64,000 nucleotides of DNA from the NCBI GenBank assembly GCA_028534125.1, contig CM052817.1, positions 86,926,001 to 86,990,000 of the forward strand, given 5' to 3'. Below are positions 23,001-35,597 of the stretch, piece after piece (the stretch's first letter is position 1; every line of letters begins with the position of its first letter). The translations under genes were made by a program, and so were the position numbers. The notes beneath the pieces are model-generated. The model saw only the letters and a list, made by a program, of their open reading frames with translations, had not been told where the DNA came from and ran no database searches. The DNA is from Lama glama. Taxonomy: Eukaryota.

Positions 23001-25619
23001 TTATATATTTTACTTACTTTCATACTTTAACTCTCATCTTTCACATTTTTATAAAGTTAATATATATACATATATGCTTTTTCCTCTGTTACAATCACTT
23101 ACTTTTCTTATTTAGTTTCCAGGTAGGAGTTATTTATTTGCAAGTTATTAAGTATATTTTTGAATTCATAGATACATGGTTAAATAAAATAGTGTACATT
23201 TAAGGGTGTATAGAGAAGGCAACTGATAAAAGTCATTTATATCTTTTTCAATATTTTACACTGCTTAGTAAGTGATTCATCTACTATTTAAAACAGTTTA
23301 CTTGGTGCACACTTTGCATTTTATTGAATGAACATTAAGCATATTAATATCATTTATACACCTCATTTTTATATTACAGATAATTTTCATCCTCTTTCTT
23401 ATTTTGTACATTGGAAGTAAATCCATATAAGCATTTGTCCATCATGTGAGACTAACAAAGGAAGATTATTAATTAAAATATAAATAGAATTATTCAATGG
23501 AAAGGAATATCTACTTGGGAATTTTTCCTGCCTCATCATACTGAAGATTTATGGGTCAAAATTTAAATGCATTGAGTTATAAAGCCATTGTAAATAAGTC
23601 TGGAATACACAAATTCAATTGCTTATAAATATTATTAAACATTATTCAATACTCAATGTGCCAGACTTTTTTTGAGTGAGTCTGTGTCTTCTGAAATCCA
23701 TCTAATAGGAATTAGATAGAGGAATTAATTAGGTAGCGTCATTCAGATAATATAGCATGGAAACTGCTTCGGACTATAAGGTTCATTCATTGTTCAAGAT
23801 TAAGTAATAATACTGAATCAAGACTAAACTCAGCATAATGTGAGTCAGTTTAATGTTTCCCAAAGTGTAACAGAAATCTTGGAAGTTTTATATCGAGGTT
23901 CAATAAGACTTCCTAATTACTGCATTAGTGATTTCTAACCACCTATATCAGTTTAAGGGGGACAGTATAGATTTGAAAAAATTGAACCGCAAAGTGTAAT
24001 TACATACAAAAGGACATGAATAAAAACAAATTGTAAGCTAGAAAATTTGCAGATAAAAATCAGGGTTTTATTTCTGATTCTTTAACTGATACGTTATATG
24101 ACATTATATTTAACATAATACCTAGGCACTTAACCCTATTCTTTGTTCTAGAGATACATTTTTTTAACTGTAGGGATTGAAAAGATTATATGTGAACTTT
24201 ATTTCAATAAATTTTTATAATCTGTACAATAAAGTGTTGTCCAAATTTTCGAAGCTAGCTTTAAAGTCATTGAGTTCAATAAGTGATTATAAATAAATTT
24301 TCTGTGTTCTATTTTCGTGATTCTGTTGTATGGATACATTTGCAGATATATACATTCCATAGAGAAGCATTATATCTTTAGTTTAATTTTTAATTATAGC
24401 TATCAATTACCAGAGAAAGAACAAGCAGGGATTATGCTTAACAGAAGAGTAAATTTATTTAACTAATGGCTACTTCATTGTCAGAAGCTGTTAATATGAT
24501 AATATGGTGCTTTTCGAGAAACAGATAAGTGATACAATCAATTTTGGTCTGTTTCTTTATTTTTTAAGGTACTGGTTGTACTTTTTGAGGACAGGTTCCC
24601 ATTACATAATGTAGCGAAATTAACTGTGACACTGTAGAGGAAATAGATGCCTGTATAATGAGGAAGACATTATTTTTACTGCTTGTAAAAATGTTGTAAT
24701 CTGTAGGGCTTTTTTTCTCTTTCATTGTTGGTGTTAGTCAGAATCCTACAATAGATTCCAATATTTCTTGTGTTGGATGTTGAATTTTATATTTTACACA
24801 AGCTAGAAAACTAACTTTAGTTTGTCATCAAGTGCTTCATATGTATGCCAATCCCTGTTTCAGCTGAAAATTGGATAATTACTACATTATTCCATAAAAG
24901 CATATTTGTAAATGTTTTTGTCGAAGTTTTCAAAAGTAAGTGTTTTGAAAAATAAAAAGAGATCTAAGCCTAGAATTAATACATAAATAAAATCAATATC
25001 AAATATATAGTTCCTGGCCTAAATTTTGAATCACCCTGGATAAAGAAATAGCCAGGATAGAAAGCTTCTCTCACACATAACTAAACACCACTGGGTTTTG
25101 TTGCAGAGTGCAACATATGGTAGAAAGTTCTGAGTCAAAAATGGCAATGGTAGATAAAGTATATATAGTAAGTTGTCTTAATGATATACACCTGATGGTG
25201 TGTTTAAGATAACATACATCACATTTAAGTTTAATCAAAATGGTGGTAGGAATAATAGGTCCATAGATATGAGAGTTAATGCTATAGTTTGAGAATTGCT
25301 ATCATTTTATTCTTAAAAAATTTATAGAAAACCCTGCAGGCTGACCTGTGAAATTAGTATAAAGTTCTTGTAGCTTTTTCTTTTACCATTCATTAATCTG
25401 ATGCCAGAACTAATCCCCTTTCTAGTCACCAGCAGTGTAGGTTTAGGGTTTACTTGTCATAGAATTACTCATCAGATGATTACATTGGAGGTCATGAAAT
25501 CTTGATATATTTTGGTGTGAATATATCTTGATTCTTGATGTTCGTCTCGATCTTTTTGATAAGAACAATGGTAATAGAGAATGATTCTATGTAGAGCCCA
25601 TAAACTCTACTAAATTATA

Positions 25620-26300
25620 TTTTTTAACATTTTTTAAAATGATGGATAATTTCAAGCTTATCCAAAAAAGAGAATAGTTTACTAAACTCTCCACATTCTC
25701 CGGTTAAACAATGATCAATTCTTGGCCAAATTTGTTTCATCCAAAAGCTAACACACGTTCTTTTCACTCAGATTTTTTAAGCAAATTTAGAAACCCTAAC
25801 TGTTTAACCCATTAATGTTTCAGCATGTTTATTAAAAATAGAGTTTAACATAACCATAAGAACAGTACTCCTCCTAAAAAAATTTCCTTGCTATCATCAA
25901 TTGTCTAGTTATTGTACAAATTTCTATAATTTTCTCATAACTAGTATTCACATTTACAATTAATTTGATTCATGATTAAAATAGGTTTATTAATAGCAAC
26001 CCATTTTTATTTTTTATTTTAAAACTTTTGATTAATGTACAATATGCATATAGAGGAGTACAAAAATCACAAATGTAATACTCAAGTTTTCACAAAAGGA
26101 GCACACTTGTGTAATCAGTGACCACATTGACTGATTAGCCAAAACATTACTAGTATCTCAAAAAGTCCAGCATTCTGTCCCCTTTCAGTTACTACCACCC
26201 AAGGATCTGTCTACCACTGTCCTGGGCTCTAACTAAAGATTTGTTTTTCTGAGTTTCAAAGTGTACATAATTTGAATAAATGAAATAGTGCAACATATTT
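25620..26300 (-). mobile_element. Old L1M (L1MC/L1ME-like) 3' end fragments
   Basis: Two T-rich starts (about 25620 and about 26005) followed by motifs such as tatagaggagtacaaaaatcacaaatgta...ttttcacaaa...cacacttgtgtaatca typical of reversed ancient L1 3' ends. Confidence 0.6.
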
Positions 26301-29300
26301 GAGTTTAACTAAACTGTAGTAGCCAGTTATTCTCTTTGATAATATAGGGAAAGTGATTATCATAGCCCAAAATATATCAGGGTCTAAGCTAAACAGACAA
26401 TTTAGTTAGGATAGCTTCCCCTTGGATGTATCTCTTACTAACTTTGGTGTTCTGGTCGTGTCTGATCTTTCAGAAATGCTTGATACTTGTTGTTAAATCT
26501 TCCTATTGATTGAAACATAATCTTCTGTTAATTTAATGGTGTTTTACAGAAACAAATATTTAAATATATTTATCTGAATACCAAATTATGACAAAAAAAG
26601 TAGAAAAATTGAAATGTCTGTGTTTCACCTTTCTTTGAGTCTAGTTTAGAGGGTTGTGGCAAATTGGAAACTATTATGCTTGAAGGGGACTGAATAAAGT
26701 AAAGAGATTAACATTTTAGAAAATAGTCTATGTGAAGAGAGTCTAAAAGGATTGAGGGACTGTGGATTGAGAAGAAAAGGGGAGAGGTTACAAAACAAAC
26801 GTTAAGTGTTTAAACAAATAATACACAGATAAGATAGTGATCAGTTAATCTGTCTTTACTGAGAACAGAAAAGGGAAAACGGATCTATATCACATCCTGA
26901 GAGACTTAAACTACACATGAGGGGAAATATCCTGACCCTGACATTGGTATTTGCTCCTGAGAGACATGGAAACACATTACCTAGAAAGCTTTGCAAACTA
27001 CAAACGTGTGCGTATGCCAGCACTGATTTGGTGGAATGGCACTTTCTAGCCCTGTGCTGTGTTTCCCACAGAATGCTTTTCTGACACTGGACCGACCCGG
27101 TTAAAGGAGAGAAGGGGATGAGGCTCCGTTTTACTGGAAGACAAAGGAAGGGCAATGGAGAAAGCCTGGGTTTTTATCTATTTCTTTCCCTTCTGGTTAC
27201 TACATGAATGATTTCTTATCTTTCATACCTTGGAATTTTGAAAAGGAAAACTTTGGTTTCTTAGATCCTTTTTCGCCCTCACACATTGAATTGTAATGTC
27301 TAAGAACAAAAGTTAAGAAATCATAGTTTTAGAAGGAAATTTGGGAATATGTAGAGTGTAAAAACTAAGTATTAAAATGTCTATTATATATATGCAATAT
27401 ATAACATAAATTATGTCTATTAAAAGTATACATTACAACTTAAAGATTTAAGGCTTCATATTATATATAATAATAATTTATAGAAGGAAGATAGGTGACT
27501 GTAGATTTTAAATATTTATATGAAAATATTTTAAATATCTTTGTCTAATATTGAATCTTTACTGAGTTGGCTTATTTCTCTTATAATAACAATTTTCCAT
27601 TTTTGGTATCATATTATCTTCTGCTGAATTTTAAGGGGAATCTTTGGTGTCAGTTATTGAAATGGCTCACAAATAAAAATGAACAAACATCATTAGTGAT
27701 TGAAGGTCAAGTTGCCTAACTCTCCTCAAACCTAGTAGTAATATATGCTTCCTTAATTATTTTGTAAGATTTAGCAAACAGACTATATATGCGCATTGTA
27801 TTTTAGGCTGATATTTTAGAGAGTAAATTAAAACGTAGCATGAACTCGGTAATGTGGAGGCATGAAATACTCACACACTTAAGAAAGGAAAAATAATCAA
27901 ATGAGGGAATTCTGTTAGCTAAACATTAAAGCTAAATTTAATAATACTTGCATCTGCTACGGAGTGCCTATTTAAAAGCATGAGACGATGAAATAAGGCA
28001 TAACACAGGCCCCACTTTCATAAATACACAACCAGTTTTACAAGGTGATAGTTATTCTCACCAATCACAGGTCGTGATATAAGCTCTGTGAATTTCAGGC
28101 TATAGTAAATAATTTTTAAATTATTTTAGAGTATTTCATGATTATATAAATGTACTCAACTTCATATAACAAAAGTTTTTTTGGTATTAGACAATGCAGA
28201 AATGCCTTTTGTTGATAAACTGGAGTGAATTCTAACTCCTTTGAACTTGAATTAAGCTAAGGATTTGAGAAATCTATATTTTAAAATTATATTATGAAAT
28301 GGTAGGAAGATACTTATTTCTCAAATTATAACAACAGAATATTGTGTCTTATTAAATGTTACTGGGAAAGACAATTTTTTAATGCAAGTTTGCATTAGAA
28401 TTATTTTTAGGATAATATTTGACATGTAATCATTTCATTTTCATCTCTCATAGTTGAGCTTGAAATCTAGAAATATAATTCTTGAGAATTTAAATTGCTT
28501 ACTTTGTAGGAATTCTTCATAGGAATTGTGATTTCTTAATGCTGATTTAAAAAGTGTGCTCATTTATCTAATATGGGAGAATATTACTTTTACTTTAAAT
28601 AAAAATGTTTAACATAGTACATTGCTTTGAAGTTAATTTTAAATCTATGTCCTTTTACTAATCTTTTGAAGTTTTTCACATTTCAGTTACTTTCTAATTT
28701 GAGGTATAGCTGTCAGTCAGTAGGTCCTATTATTTGTCGTACCATTCTTTCTTGGAAAGTAGTACCATGGCAGCTTGAAACTGTAAAAGAGTTTTTAACC
28801 AGATGTTTTAAGCAGGTCTTCCCAAGCTACTGACAAAAACAGTGTGACCTACATTCAAGAAAACTTACTATTGAAGACTACTGTATTGCAGGCACAGTGG
28901 TCTTCTGCTTTGTTTGCCCTAGATCTAGATTATATAAATGTTCTCAAGGCCAGCTATATAGGAAAATGATCATTGCTTGCGAACTTATCACAGACTGATG
29001 CGAAAGTAAGATCAATATCTTAATTTAAACTATAAATGTAATAACTGAATCAATTGAAATCCTCCTGAGAGCTCTCCAAGAGAAAATACTGTGAGAACTC
29101 AGCTTGAGAAGGTAAAGGGCATCAGATCAGCTTCACTGCTGGCCGTCACACATAGGTTCAGGCATCCTCACTTGGGGATGGCGACTGTGATACCATACCT
29201 CCTGCACAGATCAAAATAACTCGATCAGGTTGTCTTGGCGTCATCTGCTCTGGGTCGTCCTAGAAACATGCAAAAATACGTTTAATCACTGACCCCACCC

Positions 29301-29685
29301 CCCCCAACTCCATACCTCATACAAACCACCGGTCTTCCTTTGAGATAATTTTGAAAAAAAAAATAAATGAACCAACCTCGGGCATATTACAATACAAGTG
29401 AAAAGTTTTCCACTTCCTTTACTGTGTATATGAAGCACAAGCCGCTCACTTAGTTGGATTGTGGTGTCCTTAGACCTGAAAAAATAGTCTTACTATTTTC
29501 AGGATAGGTTTTCCTAAGCATCACTCATTTATTCGTTTTGACTTTATGATATCTTGGAGCTTTTCATTTCACAGGATTTCATTTTCTGATTATGATCTCA
29601 AAATATGAGTGTTCTTCGTTTGGACTCGTGGCCTACTGCAGAACTCCAAGAGTGAGTCTTTATACTGGTCCTCATGTCAGAGAAG

Positions 29686-29907
29686 TGATGTGTAGTTAGG
29701 AACTACAGCACAGGACCAGTCTGTCAGGGTTCAAACACTCCTCCAGCCAGTTCCTAGCTGTGTGACCTCTATAATTTCTTTAACCTTCCTGTAACTCATT
29801 TTCCTCATTTCTGACATAGATCCTCAAAAGCTCATTGTGGAGATTAAATTATTTAATGTATTCAAAGCAGTGAGTGCCGGGCCCAAAGGAAGCACTCATT
29901 AAGTGTT
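29686..29907 (+). mobile_element. MIR SINE, near full length
   Basis: gggttcaaac...ctagctgtgtgacct...cattttcctcatttct...gagattaaat...aagcactcattaagtgtt follows the MIR consensus in order. Confidence 0.85.
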
Positions 29908-31642
29908 CAAGGCAACTATATATTCAGTTAAAATTGGAACAATGACATCAGCCTGGGTATGGAGAAAATTTAAATTCTGCGTTTAAATAGAACTAATTAT
30001 GCTTTCTTTTACTCCCTGAGAAAAATCAGACTCCAAATGTTCTTTTCATGATATATCACTATTTTACATCTGCAGTATGTGTTCTTTCACAGAATGCATG
30101 TGTCTTAGAAGTACAGATCCCGATCTTTCTTTTTCATCTGTGAAACCAATAAAGTGGGTAGAATAGAACCAGAGGTGTAATGCCCAGTAAAGACTAAGTT
30201 TTGCTTGTTTTAGAACGATGTTAGCCACAAAGCATGACTATAACTTTAAAAATTTCGTATTCTCATTATTTTACTTGTGCGTTTACAATGGGTGAAGACA
30301 TTTGATTACATATGACAAATAGTAAAAATAATCAGACAAAAATACTCTTTTTTGAAATAACAGATTTTTAGTTAATATAGACAGCAGCATATTACATTTG
30401 ATGATTGTAAGGAAAATAAAGAAATCATATTTCTTCAGGCCAAAATTTTTAAAATGATACTAATAGATGTCTGTATCCAGTTTGACTTAATCTCCACTTG
30501 GACAACTGTACTAACTCTTTAGGGTAAATTCTGTTACTTGAGTTCTGCTATCCCTGTGAGAGAGACACAAATACCATAAAATTATCAACGTAAATATAAA
30601 GGGCCTATTCATATGGAAAATTGAGTCTTTCTAGAAGATATACAAAGGATATCTATCTCTGCCATAAATCAGTCTTTGAACATGAAGAAGTCCAGAGATT
30701 TTCCTGCCTCCTTTTTCTCCCCTAAAATCCTATTATCTGATAAGTCTGATTGTCTCAGTCAGCCTTATATTTATGTTTTTGTAGCTTTGTCTTTCAAAGT
30801 CAGACAGAACTAGCAAATGATGTCACAAGCCTATTTGAGAAATGCCTGAAAAGCTGCCCAAATTTTACTTTCTGTTTATGGCTTATTCATTGGTTTCTCT
30901 CAAGTGTAATTCTCATGATTTTCTGATTCTCTGTGTTTTCTGTCTTCTGCCTTCCACATCAGTTTTGCATATATATCACTATTCTGCCTAAAATACAAGA
31001 TGCCTAACAGCTAAGTTCCAGGGCCCAGTTGCATGCATCATGTGTTTTTATTTCTTTTTTATGTTTGTGTCACATATGAGAACAAAAAATTCTCCTTTTT
31101 TAAATAAAGTAGTGAAATTTCCTGTATTTAATAGTGTTGTTTCCCAACTATAGAAGAAAGGAAATCTTAAAAAGATTCGATTGTTTTTCATTTAACATAT
31201 CTGTGAATGATGTTGCCTTGTCACCTGTATTAAGCATTGTCTCTCTTCTCAAAATGCACTTGTTTTCAATGATTCTATCTTGTTTCAAGTTGTCTTTTTA
31301 ATCTCATTAACAGTTGAACAAGATATTTATTTTATTAGAATAAAACGGCTTTGGTTATCTTTGGGAAAGATCCCTTGGAGTGTAATCAAGGAAGTGTGTA
31401 TAGAACTCTACTCTGGGGCAATATTGGAGGAATAACTGCGTGGTTTTAACTGATAGACAGAAAGGAGTACAGAACTGCATGAACAAAAGTAGGGAATCTG
31501 AAAGCAAACAAATATGGAGAAATGAATATTCTAGGTTGCCAAATCTATAAAATAAATTCAGCGGGGATAATAGTGGAATTTAAGGTTTGGAAGTTATGTT
31601 TTGGACAGATTCAGACAGATTTTGAATAAAAACACACATACT

Positions 31643-31970
31643 AATAGTAGCTAACAATTGTTAAGAACTCACTATAAGCCTGGCATTATTCTAAGAACTT
31701 TTCAGATACTAATGCATTCAAACCTTACAGTAACCAAATAAAGTAGGTATTTGTACTGTCTCCATTTTGCAAATTATAAAATTAGGAGAAAGAGATGTTG
31801 GGGAGCCAGACCATGGTGCCTGCTGGCTTATAAGGGAGAGCCAGTTTCTTTCTTCCTCCCTTCATCCCTTCCTTTGTCTCTTTCTTTCCCTTTCTTTCTT
31901 TCTTTCTTCCTTTTTTTCTTTCTTTCTTTCTTTTTTTCTTTCTTTCTTCCTTCCTTCCTCCCTTCCTTTC

Positions 31971-32044
<74 letters not shown>

Positions 32045-32150
32045 TTCCTTCCTTCCTTCCTTCCTTCCTTTCTCTTTCTCTTTTTCTCTCTTTCTGTCTT
32101 CTTCCTTTTTTTCTTTCTTTCTTTCAAACACCTGATTCTAGAGTACGCCT
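31643..32150 (-). mobile_element. MIR SINE interrupted by a TTTC/TTCC microsatellite
   Basis: taatagtagctaaca...cctggcattattctaagaacttt...gtaggtat...ctccattttgcaaat...gagagccag, then the repeat, then caaacacctgattctagag. Confidence 0.7.
31845..32125. repeat. Compound (TTTC)n/(TTCC)n microsatellite
   Basis: About 280 bp of near-pure pyrimidine tetranucleotide repeats. Confidence 0.97.
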
Positions 32151-33479
32151 TTGTGATCAGTTCACTACTTGAATCCTAGGCTTAAGGAATTGGACACTCT
32201 TTAGAGCAAAGTCAGTAAGGATTTGTTGTAGGGGATTGTATGTTTGTTTTTGTTTTACTAACAGAGTGTTACCAAACTTTGTAATAATAACCCCGATGGA
32301 GAATGAAAATGAAAGGGTTAGAGAAATTTTGAAAAAAAATTAAAGTACTAGAATTCTAAATGTAACAATAAAAGGTAAAGAAAGTAGTTATCCAGGATGG
32401 TTCTTAAGTCTTGAGACTGGATGATTGAAAGAAGACGGCATTCTCAATCTCACAATTGTGAGACAGTGTAAAAAACAAGTGTACCTTCTTTTTTAAAGTA
32501 AGATTTTTAGAAGTAAAAAGTAGGTACTAGAAAAGATGACATGTAAAAATACTAGTAGATTAAGATACAACAGGGGCTATTGTTGGATAGGAAAGATTTG
32601 ATCAAATGTACGTGACCTTTAAACACTTTAAATACGTTGTTTTAAATGCTATAATTAAAATTGTTTCTATGTCCTCACTATTTCTGTGACTTGCAGATCA
32701 GATGTTCCTAGGGTGAGATTTGCTGTGTCTCTCTCTGAAAAAATTATCCCTGAAGCAGCATTTTGTTAAAAAAAAAAAAGACATATATAAATCCAATACA
32801 AATCTTATAAAGTCAGTTTATTATTAGTCTGTGATCATCATATGCCTTATTTTCCTTTGTTAAAATTTGTAGAAAAAAAATGCCCCATGCTTTTCTGTAG
32901 GTTCCTAGCTTTTACCGCTGCTGACCAGACCTGAGGCTTAGGACAGTAGGACAGAGTCATTTCTTCCCGTAGCTCTTATCATCATGTTTTTTTTTTAATC
33001 ACGATTATCCTTAGAGTTAGGTTATCAGCCAAAAAAAAAACATGCAGGCAGTCATTTTGTCTACAAAACATTTTGTCACTGTTGGAAAACTTAGGGTGAT
33101 GGAATGCAAACTGTTTCCAGATATGTGAAGTGTAAACCCTGGATCCTCGACTGGGGTCTGAGAGAAGACACAGGCATACTTCCTTTTGCAGCCCCAAACC
33201 CAGTCTTTTCTGCCTAATTCACCAAAATTAATGAAAACCCCTCTCCTTTTCCATCTGGCTTCTACTGTCTACTGTTACTTGTATTTATAGACACTTGCCT
33301 TTAATATTCTCCTCTTTAAAGATTTTAAGAGGTTTTTCTGTTTCAGCCGCAATAACATTCACATATTTATTAGCTTTAAAGGTTTTTTTGTTTAAATCCT
33401 GCCTGTGTTTTTTGCTTCGTGCCATTCTATGGCCGTCAGTTTCTTGATACGCTGTTTTTCCCAGGCTCTTGTACTCTGA

Positions 33480-33810
33480 CACATTCCACTCTCCCTCGGG
33501 AATGCGCTCTCATTTACAAAACCACCTCCCGCCACATCTGCTTGGCCATCTTCTCATCAATCAAGATTCAATTCATTTTACCTTTAATGAGAAGCCTTCC
33601 TGGACAAAGAGATAAATATATTTTTCTTGTAACTTCTTATAGATTTTTATATGTAATTGCTGTTTTCAAAATATCTTATAAAACAGTTGTTAGCCCATTG
33701 GACTGTTAGATCTTTTAGAGAAGAATCCATGTGTGTTCATTTTAGAGTCTCAAGTCCCGGAACCTTGTCTGCCTCAAAGCAAACACCCATAAAGGCTTAT
33801 TAGACTGCAT
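33480..33810 (+). mobile_element. L2 LINE 3' fragment
   Basis: gagaagccttcctggac...cccattggactgttagatctt...catgtgtgttcatttt...ccggaaccttgtctgc resembles a degenerate L2 3' end. Confidence 0.55.
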
Positions 33811-35460
33811 CAGCGAAACGGTAAAGGAAACAAACATCCTGAAACCAAAGAAGCAAGTGCCTTTTTTTCCCTTTTTAGTTATCTAGGGATCTTCCTGATT
33901 TACCTAAATTGATACAATTATAGTGCTCTCCGAACGGCTTAACAAGCAAATAAACAGCCCCTCAAAACCTGACCATTTCCACTTATAACTTACATTCCCT
34001 TGGATTTCATCATCTTTCAACCTTCCATGATTTTCATGTTCTTTTATTCTGGCCTTACCTGTGCTAAGACTAGTTCTTTTATTCTTTTTTTTTTCTTTCC
34101 CTTGATCACTTTCTTTCTGATAATTCTTTAATCCTCATATTTCAGTATCACCAACTGCCAGTTTTACTAGTTTATTTCTTTTCAATTGTGTCACATATAA
34201 TTGACAGACACATGTAAATGTTAAATAAATACGAAGTCATCTAAAATGAACATAGAGGGGGATCCAGCGCAGATATGTGAGTGGGAGCAGCAGATTGTTG
34301 ATAGCACAGCATAACTCTGACTGGACGCACTTTGGCTAGCTCTCCTCTAGGTCTCTGGGGTTTTCATGGAACTGTTTTTAAGTCTTTAGTATTTTTACTT
34401 ATCATCATTATAGCATTTCTTATTTTCAGACTTTTTCTGTATGGCATTGTCGCAACTAATGAGTATCTCAGATGCTTCTTTGAAATAATGATACAAAATT
34501 TTGATTTTGTTCTGTAAGAACTTGATTATGAGACATGTAGGTAGCTTTGTACATTAGTCATATTTTAAGAACAATATAGATATATTATATATAAGTATAC
34601 TTTCTCAGTGTTGTTTAATCGGAATCTCTTACTGGCCTTACCAAAGGTTGATTATTTATAATTTGAATTGTTTCCTAGAAGTATTGTGCTATTTTTCATA
34701 GATAGTAAATGTATAACATGACTTATTTTTATTTACTTTATTAGGCAGTTAAATATTTGCAGTAATTAAGCTGAACCTTAACCAAACACAAAGCTTAAAG
34801 TTATAGGATGTAATATAACTGTTTAAGGATTTAAATCTTGTCATTTAATTAGAATATGACTAAAATGATTTTTAATATTTAACAAGCATGACACGATTTT
34901 ATTATAACAACTTAGCATTTTTCTGATTTTTTAAAGCTGAGTTTGATTCACTGCTTATCAGTTTTCAAATCTCTAATTATCTGATTCTAGATTAAATTGA
35001 AGGAGGTGGTTTAATGAGTTTCTAAGATAAAACCAAAATTAGAATGATACTTAGGCTTAAATTTTAGAATAAATAATAAAACATTTTGTTTTTATGCAAA
35101 GGAGAAATAACATTTTATCAAATATGCTATAAATGTATCTCACAAAAGCAAAGATTTCACTCAAAACCAAGATTAAAATTTAATCGTAATACAAAGAATT
35201 TAAATGGCAATTAAGATTATGTTCACCTATGATGACAGATAACTGATTTTCATTTTTTATTTTTATCTCCTTTTGAATTCTGACTTCTTAATTTTAAAAT
35301 CATTTTACATGAAAATGTATACAAAATTTATTACATGAAGTACAGTGCTACCAAATAATTAAAGAATGCAGTGCAACGTTTTTCTAGAAAACACAACATA
35401 ACATTCTCTTCTGTGTTAACTAGTATTATCTGTGGTATTATGTAGCTGATGCCTTGAGGA

Positions 35461-35597
35461 TGAGGTTTCCAGGTTTATCAAATAAAAATACATGACACCC
35501 ACATATTGCATGGGGTGTATGTATACTAACAAATTAGTCATTGTGTATCTGAAATTCAAATGTAACTGGACTGCCTGTATTTTATCTGGCAACCCTG
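35461..35597. mobile_element. MER53 (hAT-family MITE), internally deleted
   Basis: Right arm tatctgaaattcaaatgtaactgga...tgtattttatctggcaaccctg, central atattgcatggg, left terminal inverted repeat tgaggtttccag. 8-bp target-site duplication cttgagga / ctcaagga. Confidence 0.85.

Noticed and set aside
31751..32179. Phe/Leu/Ser-rich and Lys/Glu/Arg-rich ORFs
   Set aside because: Translations of the TTTC microsatellite.
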